A DNA stretch of 44,402 bases, from contig SXSX01000150.1 of NCBI GenBank assembly GCA_005793295.1, forward strand, positions 1 through 44,402, in the 5' to 3' direction. Made by a program: the position numbers and the translations under genes. Below the pieces are notes generated by a model. The model was not told where the DNA came from. It did no database searches and worked only from the letters and a program-made list of their open reading frames with translations. This DNA is from Burkholderiales bacterium. Lineage in GTDB: Bacteria; Pseudomonadota; Gammaproteobacteria; Burkholderiales; Burkholderiaceae_C. This document shows positions 11,252 through 21,368 of the stretch, piece by piece (within the stretch, counting starts at the first letter, position 1; every line of letters starts with the position of its first letter).

Positions 11252-12340
11252 ATGAAACAACAACAAAAATTCTTGGTCATTGTTTTGGCTGCGCTGGCAT
11301 TACTGGTTTTACCGATGATCTTGCAAGGTTTCGGTAACGCATGGGTGCGTATCGCTGATATGGCGCTTCTGTATATTTTGCTTGCCGTAGGCTTGAACAT
11401 TGTGGTTGGGTATGCTGGTTTGTTAGACCTAGGCTATGTCGCTTTTTTTGCGATAGGCGCTTACATGTTTGGCCTGCTGAATTCCCCGCATTTGATAGAA
11501 ACCTTCCCAGCCATTGCGGCTATGTTTCCGCAAGGTTTGCATTCTCCACTTTGGGTTGTGATCCCCTTGGCTGCGGGAATTGCAGGTGCATTTGGCGTTT
11601 TGTTGGGTGCTCCCACCCTGCGTTTGCGCGGCGATTATCTTGCGATCGTTACCCTAGGTTTTGGTGAAATTATTCGTGTGTTTTTGAATAATTTGGATAA
11701 CCCTGTCAACATCACCAACGGCCCTAAAGGGATTAACCAGATTGATTCACTGCACTTTTTTGGGTTCGACTTAGGAAAGAAGTTGGTGGTCGGCGGCTTT
11801 GAATTCGCGTCCGTGACGCTTTATTACTACCTGTTCCTTGCTTTGGTTTTAGTTAGCATCTTGATCTCTCACCATTTACAACTGTCCCGCGTTGGGCGGG
11901 CTTGGATGGCGATTCGAGAAGATGAAGTGGCCGCTAAAGCCATGGGCATCAATACGCGTAACTTGAAACTTGCCGCATTCGGCATGGGAGCCACCTTTGG
12001 TGGTGTTTCCGGCGCGATGTTTGCATCCTTCCAAGGCTTTATTTCACCTGAGTCTTTCAGTTTGATGGAGTCGGTGATGATTGTTGCGATGGTTGTTCTT
12101 GGCGGTGTGGGGCATTTACCGGGAGTGATTTTGGGAGCTGTACTGCTTTCTGCCTTGCCTGAGGTTCTGCGCTATGTGGCGGGACCTTTGCAATCGCTGA
12201 CTGGGGGTCGTTTAGATGCTTCCATCTTGCGCCAATTGCTGATTGCCTTGGCCATGGTCAGCGTCATGCTGCTGCGTCCCCGTGGTTTATGGCCAACGCC
12301 AGAACACGGTAAATCTTTGCAACCAGCCGCCAAAGCTTGA
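11252..12340 (+). CDS. livM: Branched-chain amino acid ABC transporter permease LivM
   Basis: GLNIVVGYAGLLDLGYVAF and LRLRGDYLAIVTLGFGEIIR. Confidence 0.92.
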   Translation: MKQQQKFLVIVLAALALLVLPMILQGFGNAWVRIADMALLYILLAVGLNIVVGYAGLLDLGYVAFFAIGAYMFGLLNSPHLIETFPAIAAMFPQGLHSPLWVVIPLAAGIAGAFGVLLGAPTLRLRGDYLAIVTLGFGEIIRVFLNNLDNPVNITNGPKGINQIDSLHFFGFDLGKKLVVGGFEFASVTLYYYLFLALVLVSILISHHLQLSRVGRAWMAIREDEVAAKAMGINTRNLKLAAFGMGATFGGVSGAMFASFQGFISPESFSLMESVMIVAMVVLGGVGHLPGVILGAVLLSALPEVLRYVAGPLQSLTGGRLDASILRQLLIALAMVSVMLLRPRGLWPTPEHGKSLQPAAKA

Positions 12341-12351
12341 TCGGAATCACC

Positions 12352-13146
12352 ATGACGACAACAGTAAAAAATTCGGTGAAAGATACCGTGCTCCATGTTT
12401 CAGGTGTATCCAAGCGGTTCGGAGGTTTGCAGGCCTTAAGCGACGTTGGCATCACCATTGAACGTGGCCAAGTCTACGGATTGATTGGGCCCAATGGCGC
12501 AGGAAAAACCACATTTTTCAACGTGCTGACCGGTTTGTACACGCCCGACACGGGCTCATTTAAACTGGCGGGTAAGGCTTATCAGCCTACGGCAGTGCAT
12601 ACCGTTGCCAAGGCGGGCATTGCGCGTACGTTTCAAAATATCCGTTTGTTCGCGGAGATGACTGCCTTGGAAAACGTGATGGTCGGACGCCACGTTCGCA
12701 CCCATTCTGGGTTACTGGGCGCGATGTTTCGAACCGCCTCGTTTAAAGCTGAAGAGGCAGCCATTACGCAGCGAGCGCATGAGCTCCTAGAGTACGTTGG
12801 CATCGGTAAATTTGCCGATTACCGCGCGCGAACTCTAAGTTATGGCGATCAACGTCGCTTAGAAATAGCCAGGGCACTGGCCACCGATCCTCAGTTGATT
12901 GCATTGGACGAACCTGCAGCGGGTATGAATGCCACTGAAAAAATCATGCTGCGTGAGTTGATTGACCGTATCCGCAATGACAACCGCACTATTTTGTTGA
13001 TCGAACACGATGTGAAGCTTGTCATGGGCTTGTGTGACCGTGTCACGGTGCTCGATTACGGTAAACAGATCGCTGAAGGTACTCCTGCTGACGTTCAGAA
13101 AAATGAAAAAGTCATTGAAGCCTACTTAGGCACTAGCGGACACTGA
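12352..13146 (+). CDS. livG: Branched-chain amino acid ABC transporter ATPase LivG
   Basis: GPNGAGKTT, LSYGDQRRLEIARAL, LDEPAAGMN. ATG 12352 preferred over TTG 12337. Confidence 0.92.
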   Translation: MTTTVKNSVKDTVLHVSGVSKRFGGLQALSDVGITIERGQVYGLIGPNGAGKTTFFNVLTGLYTPDTGSFKLAGKAYQPTAVHTVAKAGIARTFQNIRLFAEMTALENVMVGRHVRTHSGLLGAMFRTASFKAEEAAITQRAHELLEYVGIGKFADYRARTLSYGDQRRLEIARALATDPQLIALDEPAAGMNATEKIMLRELIDRIRNDNRTILLIEHDVKLVMGLCDRVTVLDYGKQIAEGTPADVQKNEKVIEAYLGTSGH

Positions 13147-13198
13147 CACCACATAATAAAGTGCTTTGCGTTTACGCCGAGCCTGACAAGGAAAAAAT

Positions 13199-13918
13199 AT
13201 GACTGGCAAAACATTGCTTAAGGTAACGGGACTGAAGGTGTCCTACGGTGGGATTCAAGCCGTCAAAGGCGTTGATTTTGAGGTGCATGAGGGCGAACTG
13301 GTTTCCTTGATTGGATCGAACGGTGCCGGTAAAACCACCACCATGAAGGCAATTACGGGCACCTTACCCATAGCTGCCGGTGATATTGAGTATTTGGGCC
13401 AAAGTATTCGCGGGCAAGGCCCCTGGGATTTGGTAAAGCAGGGACTGGCGATGGTTCCAGAAGGTCGCGGCGTATTCACACGGATGTCGATCATTGAGAA
13501 TTTGCAAATGGGTGCGTACATCCGCGATGACAAAGAAGAAATTGAAGCCGACATTGAAAAAATGTTTGCGATTTTTCCTCGCCTCAAAGAACGCAAAGAC
13601 CAACTTGCCGGAACCATGTCTGGCGGCGAGCAACAGATGCTGGCCATGGGCCGGGCTTTAATGAGCCGCCCGAAGGTCTTGTTAATGGATGAACCTTCTA
13701 TGGGTTTGTCACCCATCATGGTGGATAAAATTTTTGAAGTGGTTCGTGATGTTTTCGCCCAAGGCGTCACCGTTTTACTTGTTGAGCAAAACGCGAGCCG
13801 CGCCTTATCAATCGCCAACCGTGGCTATGTGATGGAGTCGGGCATCATCACCATGACGGGAGATGCCAAGCAAATGCTCAATGACCCCAAGGTACGTGCA
13901 GCGTATTTAGGAGAATAG
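13199..13918 (+). CDS. livF: Branched-chain amino acid ABC transporter ATPase LivF
   Basis: GSNGAGKTT, VPEGRGVF, MSGGEQQMLA, DEPSMGLSP. Confidence 0.93.
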   Translation: MTGKTLLKVTGLKVSYGGIQAVKGVDFEVHEGELVSLIGSNGAGKTTTMKAITGTLPIAAGDIEYLGQSIRGQGPWDLVKQGLAMVPEGRGVFTRMSIIENLQMGAYIRDDKEEIEADIEKMFAIFPRLKERKDQLAGTMSGGEQQMLAMGRALMSRPKVLLMDEPSMGLSPIMVDKIFEVVRDVFAQGVTVLLVEQNASRALSIANRGYVMESGIITMTGDAKQMLNDPKVRAAYLGE

Positions 13919-13919
13919 T

Positions 13920-14807
13920 TTGCGCGTTGTCGGATCGCCTGTGCGGCTCGATCGCTACGTTATTGCGCTCCTTTTTGCCACCTTGGTATGGGGTTTAACT
14001 TTTCCAGTCTTAAAGGTGGCGACTGCATCTTTGACTGGGATTGAAGTTTCCGCGCTTCGGTTTTTAATTGCGGCTGTGTGTATGACGCCATTTGCCTTGC
14101 GCGTTCCTCCCCACACTTGGCGCGCCGGTTGTGTTTTGGGTGCTTTGGTGCTCATCACTTATGTGGCCCAAGCGTTCGGTTTGGAATTTATTTCCTCTAA
14201 TCGTAGTGCTTTTCTCACCAGTTTGAACGTATTGATGGTGCCGCTGCTGGGGATGGCGTTAGGCGGGCGTCCCTCGTGGTTGGTGGTGATTGCTGCGATG
14301 CTAGCGTGTGCCGGAATTGGACTGATGTCTTACGATGGGGGATCGCATTTTTTGGCAGACGTAGCCACTGTATTAGGCGCTTTAGGCTATGCCATCTACG
14401 TGATCTTGTTATCCGCTCGGGCTAAAGCCCACGTCCCTTCCCAATTGGCGACCGCACAGATGTTTTGGATGGCTTTGATGGGTTGTCTTTGGATGGTTTG
14501 GAGCAGTGGTACGGAAGGTATTAGCACACTGCCTTCCCGTGTGGACGGGGAAATTTTTGCAGGACTGCTCTACCTCGGTGTCGTGGCTTCTGCCGGCATG
14601 TTTTTTCTTCAAGCCCTCGCACAGCGCCACGTTTCAGCCGATAAGGCCGCGGTGATTTATGCCATGGAGCCTGTATTTGCCGCCTTGTTTGGGTGGCTGT
14701 GGCTATCCGAAGTATTAACGATGCGAGCTGCCTTAGGTGCGGCTATCGTTGTCTTTGCGGTTGTATTGAGTGAGCTCAAGCCTGCTTCTTATCCGCCTCC
14801 GACGTAA
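13920..14807 (+). CDS. DMT/EamA-family transporter
   Basis: About 10 hydrophobic segments, WG-TF-V-K, and EPVFAALFG. Confidence 0.88.
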   Translation: MRVVGSPVRLDRYVIALLFATLVWGLTFPVLKVATASLTGIEVSALRFLIAAVCMTPFALRVPPHTWRAGCVLGALVLITYVAQAFGLEFISSNRSAFLTSLNVLMVPLLGMALGGRPSWLVVIAAMLACAGIGLMSYDGGSHFLADVATVLGALGYAIYVILLSARAKAHVPSQLATAQMFWMALMGCLWMVWSSGTEGISTLPSRVDGEIFAGLLYLGVVASAGMFFLQALAQRHVSADKAAVIYAMEPVFAALFGWLWLSEVLTMRAALGAAIVVFAVVLSELKPASYPPPT

Positions 14808-15819
14808 ACGAGTCAGCAAAGAACGCATCTTCTGGGAGATGGGCTTTGTCACAAAACGTTTTCCTTGCAGAGTCCACCACAATTGGCGCGCCGCAGGCAT
14901 AGACTTCGTAGGCTGATAGATCCGCAAAATCATCCAACACGGCTTGGTGAACGAAGCCGGTTCGACCCGTCCACTGGTCATCGGGAAGCGCGTCGGAAAC
15001 CACAGGAATAAAGGTCAGGTTTGGCATGAGGGCCAACTGCGCGGCGATCCATTCTTGCAAATACAAATCCGAGGGCCGACGCCCGCCCCAGTACAAAGTC
15101 GTAGGGCGAATAATTCCTGTGTGTTGCATATGTTCCAACAGCGCCTTGAGCGGTGCAAAGCCAGTTCCTGAAGCTAAAAAGACCATTGGCTTGTCTGAGT
15201 CTTCGCGCAAATAGAAGGAGCCAAATGGCCCCTCCATGCGCAATATGTCTTTTTCCTTCATCGAGCCAAAAACCAGATCGGTGAAACGGCCCCCGGGCAT
15301 GTGGCGAATGTGTAATTCCACACTGGGCCCATTGTTTGGGGCGTTCGCCATGGAGTAACTGCGCCGTGAGCCATCACGCAAAATAAATTCGATGTACTGG
15401 CCCGCTCGAAATGCAAAAGTGTCGTTTGCAGGAAGCTGCAAATGCATGAGTACCACATCGGGGGATTTTTTTACCAAACTACTTACGCGGGTTGGCATTT
15501 TTTTAATCGGCAGTGCGCCCAGCTGCGTGACTTGGCGGGATTCCAAAACGATATCGCTGTGGGGTTTGGCGCAGCAGGTTAGAACAAACTGATTGGCTTC
15601 TTCCTCTTCGCTTAAGGCTTTGCGTTGGAAGTTCGCGTGTGTGACCGTACCCGAAGTCATCTTGCATTTACAAGAGCCGCAAGCGCCATCTTTGCAGCCA
15701 TAAGGCAGCCCGACGCCTTGTCGGATGCCCGCTGCCAAAATGGTTTCATCGGAGGTGCAAAAAAAGCCCATCTTGCTAGGTTCTATGGAGATGGAAAAAG
15801 CGGTTGCGCTGCTGGTCAT
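14776..15819 (-). CDS. 2Fe-2S ferredoxin / FAD-NAD reductase (AscD-like, often annotated CDP-6-deoxy-delta-3,4-glucoseen reductase)
   Basis: CKDGACGSC...C 2Fe-2S motif, RSYSMA, GTGFAP, YACGAP. Confidence 0.88.
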   Translation of the reverse strand: MTSSATAFSISIEPSKMGFFCTSDETILAAGIRQGVGLPYGCKDGACGSCKCKMTSGTVTHANFQRKALSEEEEANQFVLTCCAKPHSDIVLESRQVTQLGALPIKKMPTRVSSLVKKSPDVVLMHLQLPANDTFAFRAGQYIEFILRDGSRRSYSMANAPNNGPSVELHIRHMPGGRFTDLVFGSMKEKDILRMEGPFGSFYLREDSDKPMVFLASGTGFAPLKALLEHMQHTGIIRPTTLYWGGRRPSDLYLQEWIAAQLALMPNLTFIPVVSDALPDDQWTGRTGFVHQAVLDDFADLSAYEVYACGAPIVVDSARKTFCDKAHLPEDAFFADSFTSEADKKQA

Positions 15820-15866
15820 TTTTTATGGGTATCCTTAGGGCCATTGTTTTTTTGCAAGCCCATATT

Positions 15867-16787
15867 TTGCCTTCAATCCAATCCCCCTTAGGTGTGCTGC
15901 CTTCTCGGTTTCGTAGAAGCCGAGTGCTCATTGTCGGTTGCGGCGATGTCGGTCTTCGCGTGGCGCGACTGCTTGCCCCACGGGTTCGCGTCCTGGCTTT
16001 GACGTCCAGTGCCCAACGTGTCCCGCTCTTGCGCTCAGTGGGAATCCTTGCTTTATCAGGTAACTTAGACCAGGGATCGCAATTGCGACGCATAGCGGGA
16101 ATGGCCCAGCGTGTTTTGTATTTGGCTCCTCCCGATCCAGAGGGGAAGTCGGATGGCCGTTTAGTCGCCTTTACGCAGGCCACACGTTTGCGCGCACCGC
16201 CTAAGGCCTTGGTTTATGCGTCTACCAGCGGTGTTTATGGCGACTGCGAAGGGGCATGGGTTACCGAGTCAGCAGCCATCGATCCGACCACGCCCCGAGC
16301 GCACCGAAGAGCCCATGCGGAGGCAACGGCTCGTTTTTTTGGGCGATCCGCAGGCGTCAGAGCCAGTGTGCTTCGGGTGCCGGGGATTTATGCCAATGAC
16401 CGGGAAGGTGGAACACCTCTGACGCGTTTGCAAAAAGGCGCACCTGTCTTGCGTAAAGATGAAGACGTTTACACCAACCATATCCATGCGGATGACTTGG
16501 CGCGAGCCTGTGTCTTGGCTTTGTGGCGCGGAAAATCCCAACGCAGCTACAACATCAATGACGACACAGATATGAAAATGGGCCAATATTTGGATGCCGC
16601 TGCAGACCTTTATGGCCTTCCGCGACCCCAACGCATGGCAAAAGAAGAACTCAAAAAGGAAGTCTCTGCAATGCAACTAAGCTTTATGAATGAGTCGCGC
16701 AGGTTGGTGAACCAAAGAATGAAAAAAGAACTCGGCCTGCGACTGCGCTTTCCAAGTGCGCTCGATGGTTTGCTTTCGTCTAAATAA
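15867..16787 (+). CDS. NAD-dependent epimerase/dehydratase (atypical SDR)
   Basis: IVGCGDVG Rossmann motif, YASTSGVYGD, NHIHADDLA. TTG 15867 chosen to avoid overlap with the divergent reductase. Confidence 0.85.
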   Translation: MPSIQSPLGVLPSRFRRSRVLIVGCGDVGLRVARLLAPRVRVLALTSSAQRVPLLRSVGILALSGNLDQGSQLRRIAGMAQRVLYLAPPDPEGKSDGRLVAFTQATRLRAPPKALVYASTSGVYGDCEGAWVTESAAIDPTTPRAHRRAHAEATARFFGRSAGVRASVLRVPGIYANDREGGTPLTRLQKGAPVLRKDEDVYTNHIHADDLARACVLALWRGKSQRSYNINDDTDMKMGQYLDAAADLYGLPRPQRMAKEELKKEVSAMQLSFMNESRRLVNQRMKKELGLRLRFPSALDGLLSSK

Positions 16788-17511
16788 ATAAAGTGGGCTT
16801 GGGTTGGTAAAGTCGATTCAAAATTTTCCAAATAACCCAACTGCACATCAAGGTAATCGGCGCAGCCCACAAGACATCGCTCAACCAATGCGCCACATCC
16901 GCCATTCTTGCAAAGCCTATAAGCAGTCCCGCACTGGTTCCAATCAAAGCCCAAATGACTTGCCGGCGCCGATGCAGCAACATCAGCGAGGCAAAGAAAA
17001 AGCCGCAGGCCACATGACCGCTGACGAATGAGCAGTTTTTAGTGCATTGATCGGTCACCACTCCGGCGCGGCTAAATTTCTGGGTTCCGCCAAAATTTTC
17101 TACTTGGTATGGTCTCGCGCGCTGCCATTGGTCTTTAAACCCTGCGTTTACGAGCAAGCCAGGCCCCAAAAGGCCCGAAAGTACGATAAATGCCAGCGGC
17201 AATCGCCAACGCGACCACTGCACCTTGAAGCTTGCAACCAGCCAAAGCACCAACGCTGTAAAAACCATGATTCGAAAAGCCAGTGGCACATACCGATTGA
17301 TCGTTTCAACCCACCACCAATGTTTCACTGCAATTTCGGGTACATCTCCGGTGAATAGAGCGGCTGCTTGAAGGTCTAATTCCGGCCAAAGTGTTGGAAT
17401 CAGAGCGAGAAAGACAAAAAAGCCGACTAAAGCAAAAAACAATGATGGTGTTTTTCTGAGCGTCTCTCGGTGATGGGGCGAAGAGCGGTTTGACATGGGG
17501 AGATTATCCAC
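16780..17511 (-). CDS. PAP2-family membrane phosphatase (LpxF-like, possible lipid A phosphatase)
   Basis: K-x6-RP (KDQWQRARP), SFVSGH and R-x5-H-x3-D (RMADVAHWLSD) motifs with several TM helices. Confidence 0.85.
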   Translation of the reverse strand: MDNLPMSNRSSPHHRETLRKTPSLFFALVGFFVFLALIPTLWPELDLQAAALFTGDVPEIAVKHWWWVETINRYVPLAFRIMVFTALVLWLVASFKVQWSRWRLPLAFIVLSGLLGPGLLVNAGFKDQWQRARPYQVENFGGTQKFSRAGVVTDQCTKNCSFVSGHVACGFFFASLMLLHRRRQVIWALIGTSAGLLIGFARMADVAHWLSDVLWAAPITLMCSWVIWKILNRLYQPKPTLFI

Positions 17512-17627
17512 GGATGCCGCCGCCTTTGATGGTGCGCTGGATTGTTACCATTTTGTAAAGTTCGCACCGCGTGTCAACAACAGGGAGCTTTCTTGCGTTG
17601 TTGGCGTAACTCTTTGGAAGGTTTCCT

Positions 17628-18275
17628 ATGAAGCAATGGACTTTTGTCTTTTTAGCGGCAGCTAGCGCGACGGGTGTCGGAGCGCAGGAGCTTGGCCGAG
17701 TCATCTCTTCAACCCCAGTGGTTCAACAGATGGCGGTTCCCAGGCAAGTCTGTACAACGGAGCAAATAGGTGTTCAGCAGCCCAATAGTGGGGCAGGTGC
17801 GTTAATCGGTGCTATCGCGGGTGGCGTCCTAGGCAATGCCGCAGGCCAAGGGACAGGGCGCGGGGCTGCCACTGCGATTGGCGCCATAGGTGGGGCCGTG
17901 TTGGGGGACCGGTTGGAAGGAAACCCAGCGGTTCGCATTGAGAATGTTCAGCGCTGCGCGGTACAAAATTTTTATGAGAATAAAACAGTCGCTTTCAATG
18001 TGGTGTACGAATATGCTGGCAAGCAGTATTCCGTTCAAACGCCAAACGACCCCGGCCCCACGATTGCGCTACAAATTGCTACAGTAGGAACCGTGATCAC
18101 TCCCCAGGTAACAACAGCGGTTGTCGTTCAGCCCGTACCCACTTACATCGCCGTTCCGGTGCAGCGGACGTATTACTACCAGCCTTATTACCAACCCTAT
18201 CACCCGCCGGTTCGATTCCCCTTTGGCCCATCAGCCCGCTTTGGCCATGGCGGCGGACATCGCCATTGGCAATAA
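17628..18275 (+). CDS. Glycine-zipper 2TM domain exported protein (YcfJ-like)
   Basis: Signal peptide, GALIGAIAGGVLGN...ATAIGAIGGAVLG, and V-YEYAG-QY. Confidence 0.85.
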   Translation: MKQWTFVFLAAASATGVGAQELGRVISSTPVVQQMAVPRQVCTTEQIGVQQPNSGAGALIGAIAGGVLGNAAGQGTGRGAATAIGAIGGAVLGDRLEGNPAVRIENVQRCAVQNFYENKTVAFNVVYEYAGKQYSVQTPNDPGPTIALQIATVGTVITPQVTTAVVVQPVPTYIAVPVQRTYYYQPYYQPYHPPVRFPFGPSARFGHGGGHRHWQ

Positions 18276-18284
18276 TGATTGAGA

Positions 18285-21200
18285 CTAAGAAATAGCGACC
18301 TCGGAGTCCACAATCGGCCCTGTGCCACTAAAGCGGTCGAGTGCCAAGTACAAAACTGGCGTGATAAAAAGCGTGATTGCCTGAGAAAAAACCAAGCCAC
18401 CCACCACTGCAAGTCCCAAGGGTTGGCGCAATTCAGCACCAGCACCAATGCCTATCGCAATCGGTAATGCGCCCACCAATGCGGCAAGCGTGGTCATCAT
18501 GATGGGTCGAAACCGAAGAATGCAGGCATCGCGAATCGCTTGTTCGGGCGTCATCCCGCCGTGACGCTGCGCCTCTAGTGCAAAGTCAATCATCATGATG
18601 GCATTCTTTTTCACAATACCGATCAGCAAAACAATACCAATGGTGGCGATCAAGGTCAGGTCTTGCCCAAACAGCATCAAAGTCGCCAATGCCCCGACGG
18701 CAGCCGACGGCAGTCCCGCAAGAATAGTGATGGGGTGGATGTAGCTTTCATACAAAACCCCAAGCAAAACATAAATCACGATAAGCGCAGCGATAACCAA
18801 GATCAATTGGCTACTTTGCGAGTTCTTAAACACGGCGGCATCGCCCCCGTAACTGGTGATGATGCTTGACGGCATTTGAATCGCCTCAGAGGCGGCATCG
18901 ATTTTTGCGGTGGCATCGCCCAAAGCCGTCCCCGGTGCAAGATTAAAGGAGATAGTGACGGCTTGGAGTTGACCCACGTGGTTGATTGACGTTGGGCCGA
19001 CGGTTCGCTCTACCGTGGTAAAGCTCGACAGGGGAACCAAGGTGCCGAAAGAGGATCGCACATAAATGCCATTTAACGCCTGCTCATCCTGTTTTGCCTC
19101 AGGTGCGACTTCCATGATGACTTGGTAGCTGTCGGTTGGTAGGTAAATCGTAGATACCTGGCGCTCACCAAAAGCGCTAAAAAGGGCAGAGCGGATGGAG
19201 TCAATCGACACTCCCAGTGTATTGGCCAGATCGCGGTCAATTTTGAGTTGCGCTTGCAGGCCGCGCAACTGTGAATCGCTGGTTACATCGCGAAATAAGG
19301 GGTCAGAACGCAGCTTTTCTTGCAACTTGGTGGCCCAGGCACTTAGTTCATCTGCCTTCACACTTTGCAAAATGTACTGGTATTGGGCCTTGCTCTGGCG
19401 CCCTCCGAGTTGCAAGTTTTGCACCGGGCGCATAAACACGTTGATACCTGCAACCCCCCGGAGTTTCTTTCGCAAAGACTCAATCACTTGTTTGATGGGG
19501 AGTCGTTCATTGTGAGGATGCAGCGTAATAAACATGCGTCCTGAATTCTGTCCGCCTACACCTCCATTGAAAGAATTCACTGCTTTGACATTGGGATCGG
19601 CACGAATAATTGCGGCTGCCCGCTCCTGAAGCTGCACCATGGCGGTGAATGAAATATCTTCGCTGGCCTCGGTAGATACCGTGATTTGACCAATGTCTTC
19701 TTCGGGGAAAAACCCTTTGGGAATCACGCTGACTAACCAAAAAGTCGCAGCAAAGGTACTTGCAGCCAAAAGCAAAATGAACTTGCGATGGTTCAGTGCC
19801 AAATCTAAAACACGTGTGTAGCCGGCCAACGTATTATCAAATGCACGCTCAAATAAACGGACCAAAGCGCCTGGTGGTTTTTTATGGGCTTCATCGCTTA
19901 AGAAGCGGCTTGCCAACATAGGGACCAAGGTGAGAGATACGAACGCGGACACCAAAATTGCTAGACCCACGACCACTGCAAACTCATGGAACAACAATCC
20001 AATGACGCCAGGCATAAAGAAAATAGGAATAAAAACCGCAATCAATGACGTTGAAATAGAAACAATCGTGAATCCAACTTCTCGCGCACCCACCAAAGCG
20101 GCCTGAAACGGATCTTCTCCATCTTCAACATGGCGGATGATGTTTTCTAAAACCACAATCGCATCGTCGACCACTAAACCCACCGCAAGCGTGAGACCGA
20201 GGAGGGAAATATTGTCTAAGCTGTAAGACATTCCCCACAAGAGCGCCACCGCGCCCATCAAAGAAATAGGCAAGGACAGCGTAGGAATGACGGTGGCGAC
20301 AAATCGGCGAAGAAACAAAAATATCACCAACACCACCAAGACAATCGTTCCTATCAAGGTCAGGGTCACGTCGTGTAAGGCTTCTCGAACAGAAAGGGAT
20401 CGGTCGTTAATGGGCGTTAAGCTGATCGATTGCGGCATTTGGCTTTGCAGGGCAGGCAAAGCTAAACGAATAGAGTCCACCACCCGCACCGTATTGGCAC
20501 CCGGTTGGCGTTGAATGGCCAAGGTGATAGAGTTTTCTCCGTTGAAGGTCGCCCAACTTTTGAGGGTCTCAATGCTGTTTTCTACTTTGGCAACGTCGCG
20601 CAGGCGAACCGGTGTGCCGCCTTTGTTACTGATAATTAAGTTTGCAAAATCAGCCGCATTTTTGAGTTGGCGATTGGCTTGTAACACCAGCGTCTGCTTG
20701 GGGCCTTCGAGGGTTCCCACGGGGGTATTTACGTTGGCAGCACGCAGCGCCGCGCTGACTTCATCAAGGCCGATATTGCGTGCCACCAGTGCGGCAGGTT
20801 GCACACGCACACGCACCGCGTAGCGTTTAGAGCCGTAAATATTGACTTGCGCCACACCGTTAATCGTGGACAAGGTGGGGGAAATTAAATGCTCGGCATA
20901 GTCTTGTAGGTCTGCCGGTGTCAGCGACGGAGAGGTCAGAGAAATTAGTAGCACCGGCGCATCCGCGGGGTTGACTTTTCGGTACGCTGGCGGTGACGTC
21001 ATGTCTTGCGGCAAGGAGCGTTGGGCGCGTAAAAGGGCGGCCTGAACGTCAACCGCAGCAGCATCAATATTTCTTCCTTCTTCGAACTCTAAGGTGAGAG
21101 AGGTACTACCCAGCGTGCTGGATGAACTAAGCGTTTTGAGACCAGGAACCGTTTGAAACTGCTTTTCTAGCGGCAAGGCCACCGAACTGGCCATGGTTTC

Positions 21201-21368
21201 CGGATTGGCGCCAGGCAATGAAGCCGATACGTTGATGATGGGGGTGTCGTAACTCGGAAGAGCGGCTACAGGAATTTTCTGCAACCCAATCACACCCGCG
21301 CCGACAATAGCGACGTTGAGCAGCACCGTCATCACCGGACGGCGAATAAATAGTTCTGAGAAGTTCAT
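18285..21368 (-). CDS. RND efflux permease (MdtB/MdtC-like)
   Basis: 1027 aa, FIRRPV, GLVVDDAIVVLENI, GIVKKNAIMMIDF, RFRPIMMTT. Confidence 0.93.
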   Translation of the reverse strand: MNFSELFIRRPVMTVLLNVAIVGAGVIGLQKIPVAALPSYDTPIINVSASLPGANPETMASSVALPLEKQFQTVPGLKTLSSSSTLGSTSLTLEFEEGRNIDAAAVDVQAALLRAQRSLPQDMTSPPAYRKVNPADAPVLLISLTSPSLTPADLQDYAEHLISPTLSTINGVAQVNIYGSKRYAVRVRVQPAALVARNIGLDEVSAALRAANVNTPVGTLEGPKQTLVLQANRQLKNAADFANLIISNKGGTPVRLRDVAKVENSIETLKSWATFNGENSITLAIQRQPGANTVRVVDSIRLALPALQSQMPQSISLTPINDRSLSVREALHDVTLTLIGTIVLVVLVIFLFLRRFVATVIPTLSLPISLMGAVALLWGMSYSLDNISLLGLTLAVGLVVDDAIVVLENIIRHVEDGEDPFQAALVGAREVGFTIVSISTSLIAVFIPIFFMPGVIGLLFHEFAVVVGLAILVSAFVSLTLVPMLASRFLSDEAHKKPPGALVRLFERAFDNTLAGYTRVLDLALNHRKFILLLAASTFAATFWLVSVIPKGFFPEEDIGQITVSTEASEDISFTAMVQLQERAAAIIRADPNVKAVNSFNGGVGGQNSGRMFITLHPHNERLPIKQVIESLRKKLRGVAGINVFMRPVQNLQLGGRQSKAQYQYILQSVKADELSAWATKLQEKLRSDPLFRDVTSDSQLRGLQAQLKIDRDLANTLGVSIDSIRSALFSAFGERQVSTIYLPTDSYQVIMEVAPEAKQDEQALNGIYVRSSFGTLVPLSSFTTVERTVGPTSINHVGQLQAVTISFNLAPGTALGDATAKIDAASEAIQMPSSIITSYGGDAAVFKNSQSSQLILVIAALIVIYVLLGVLYESYIHPITILAGLPSAAVGALATLMLFGQDLTLIATIGIVLLIGIVKKNAIMMIDFALEAQRHGGMTPEQAIRDACILRFRPIMMTTLAALVGALPIAIGIGAGAELRQPLGLAVVGGLVFSQAITLFITPVLYLALDRFSGTGPIVDSEVAIS

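Noticed and set aside
14776-14807. 32-bp convergent overlap of the DMT and reductase genes (and 8 bp at 16780-16787)
   Set aside because: Short 3' overlaps are common in compact genomes and both proteins look intact.
14776-16787. O-antigen or 3,6-dideoxysugar cluster suggested by the AscD-like reductase and epimerase
   Set aside because: No nucleotidyltransferase, dehydratase, glycosyltransferase or flippase is nearby; this looks like a generic divergent pair.
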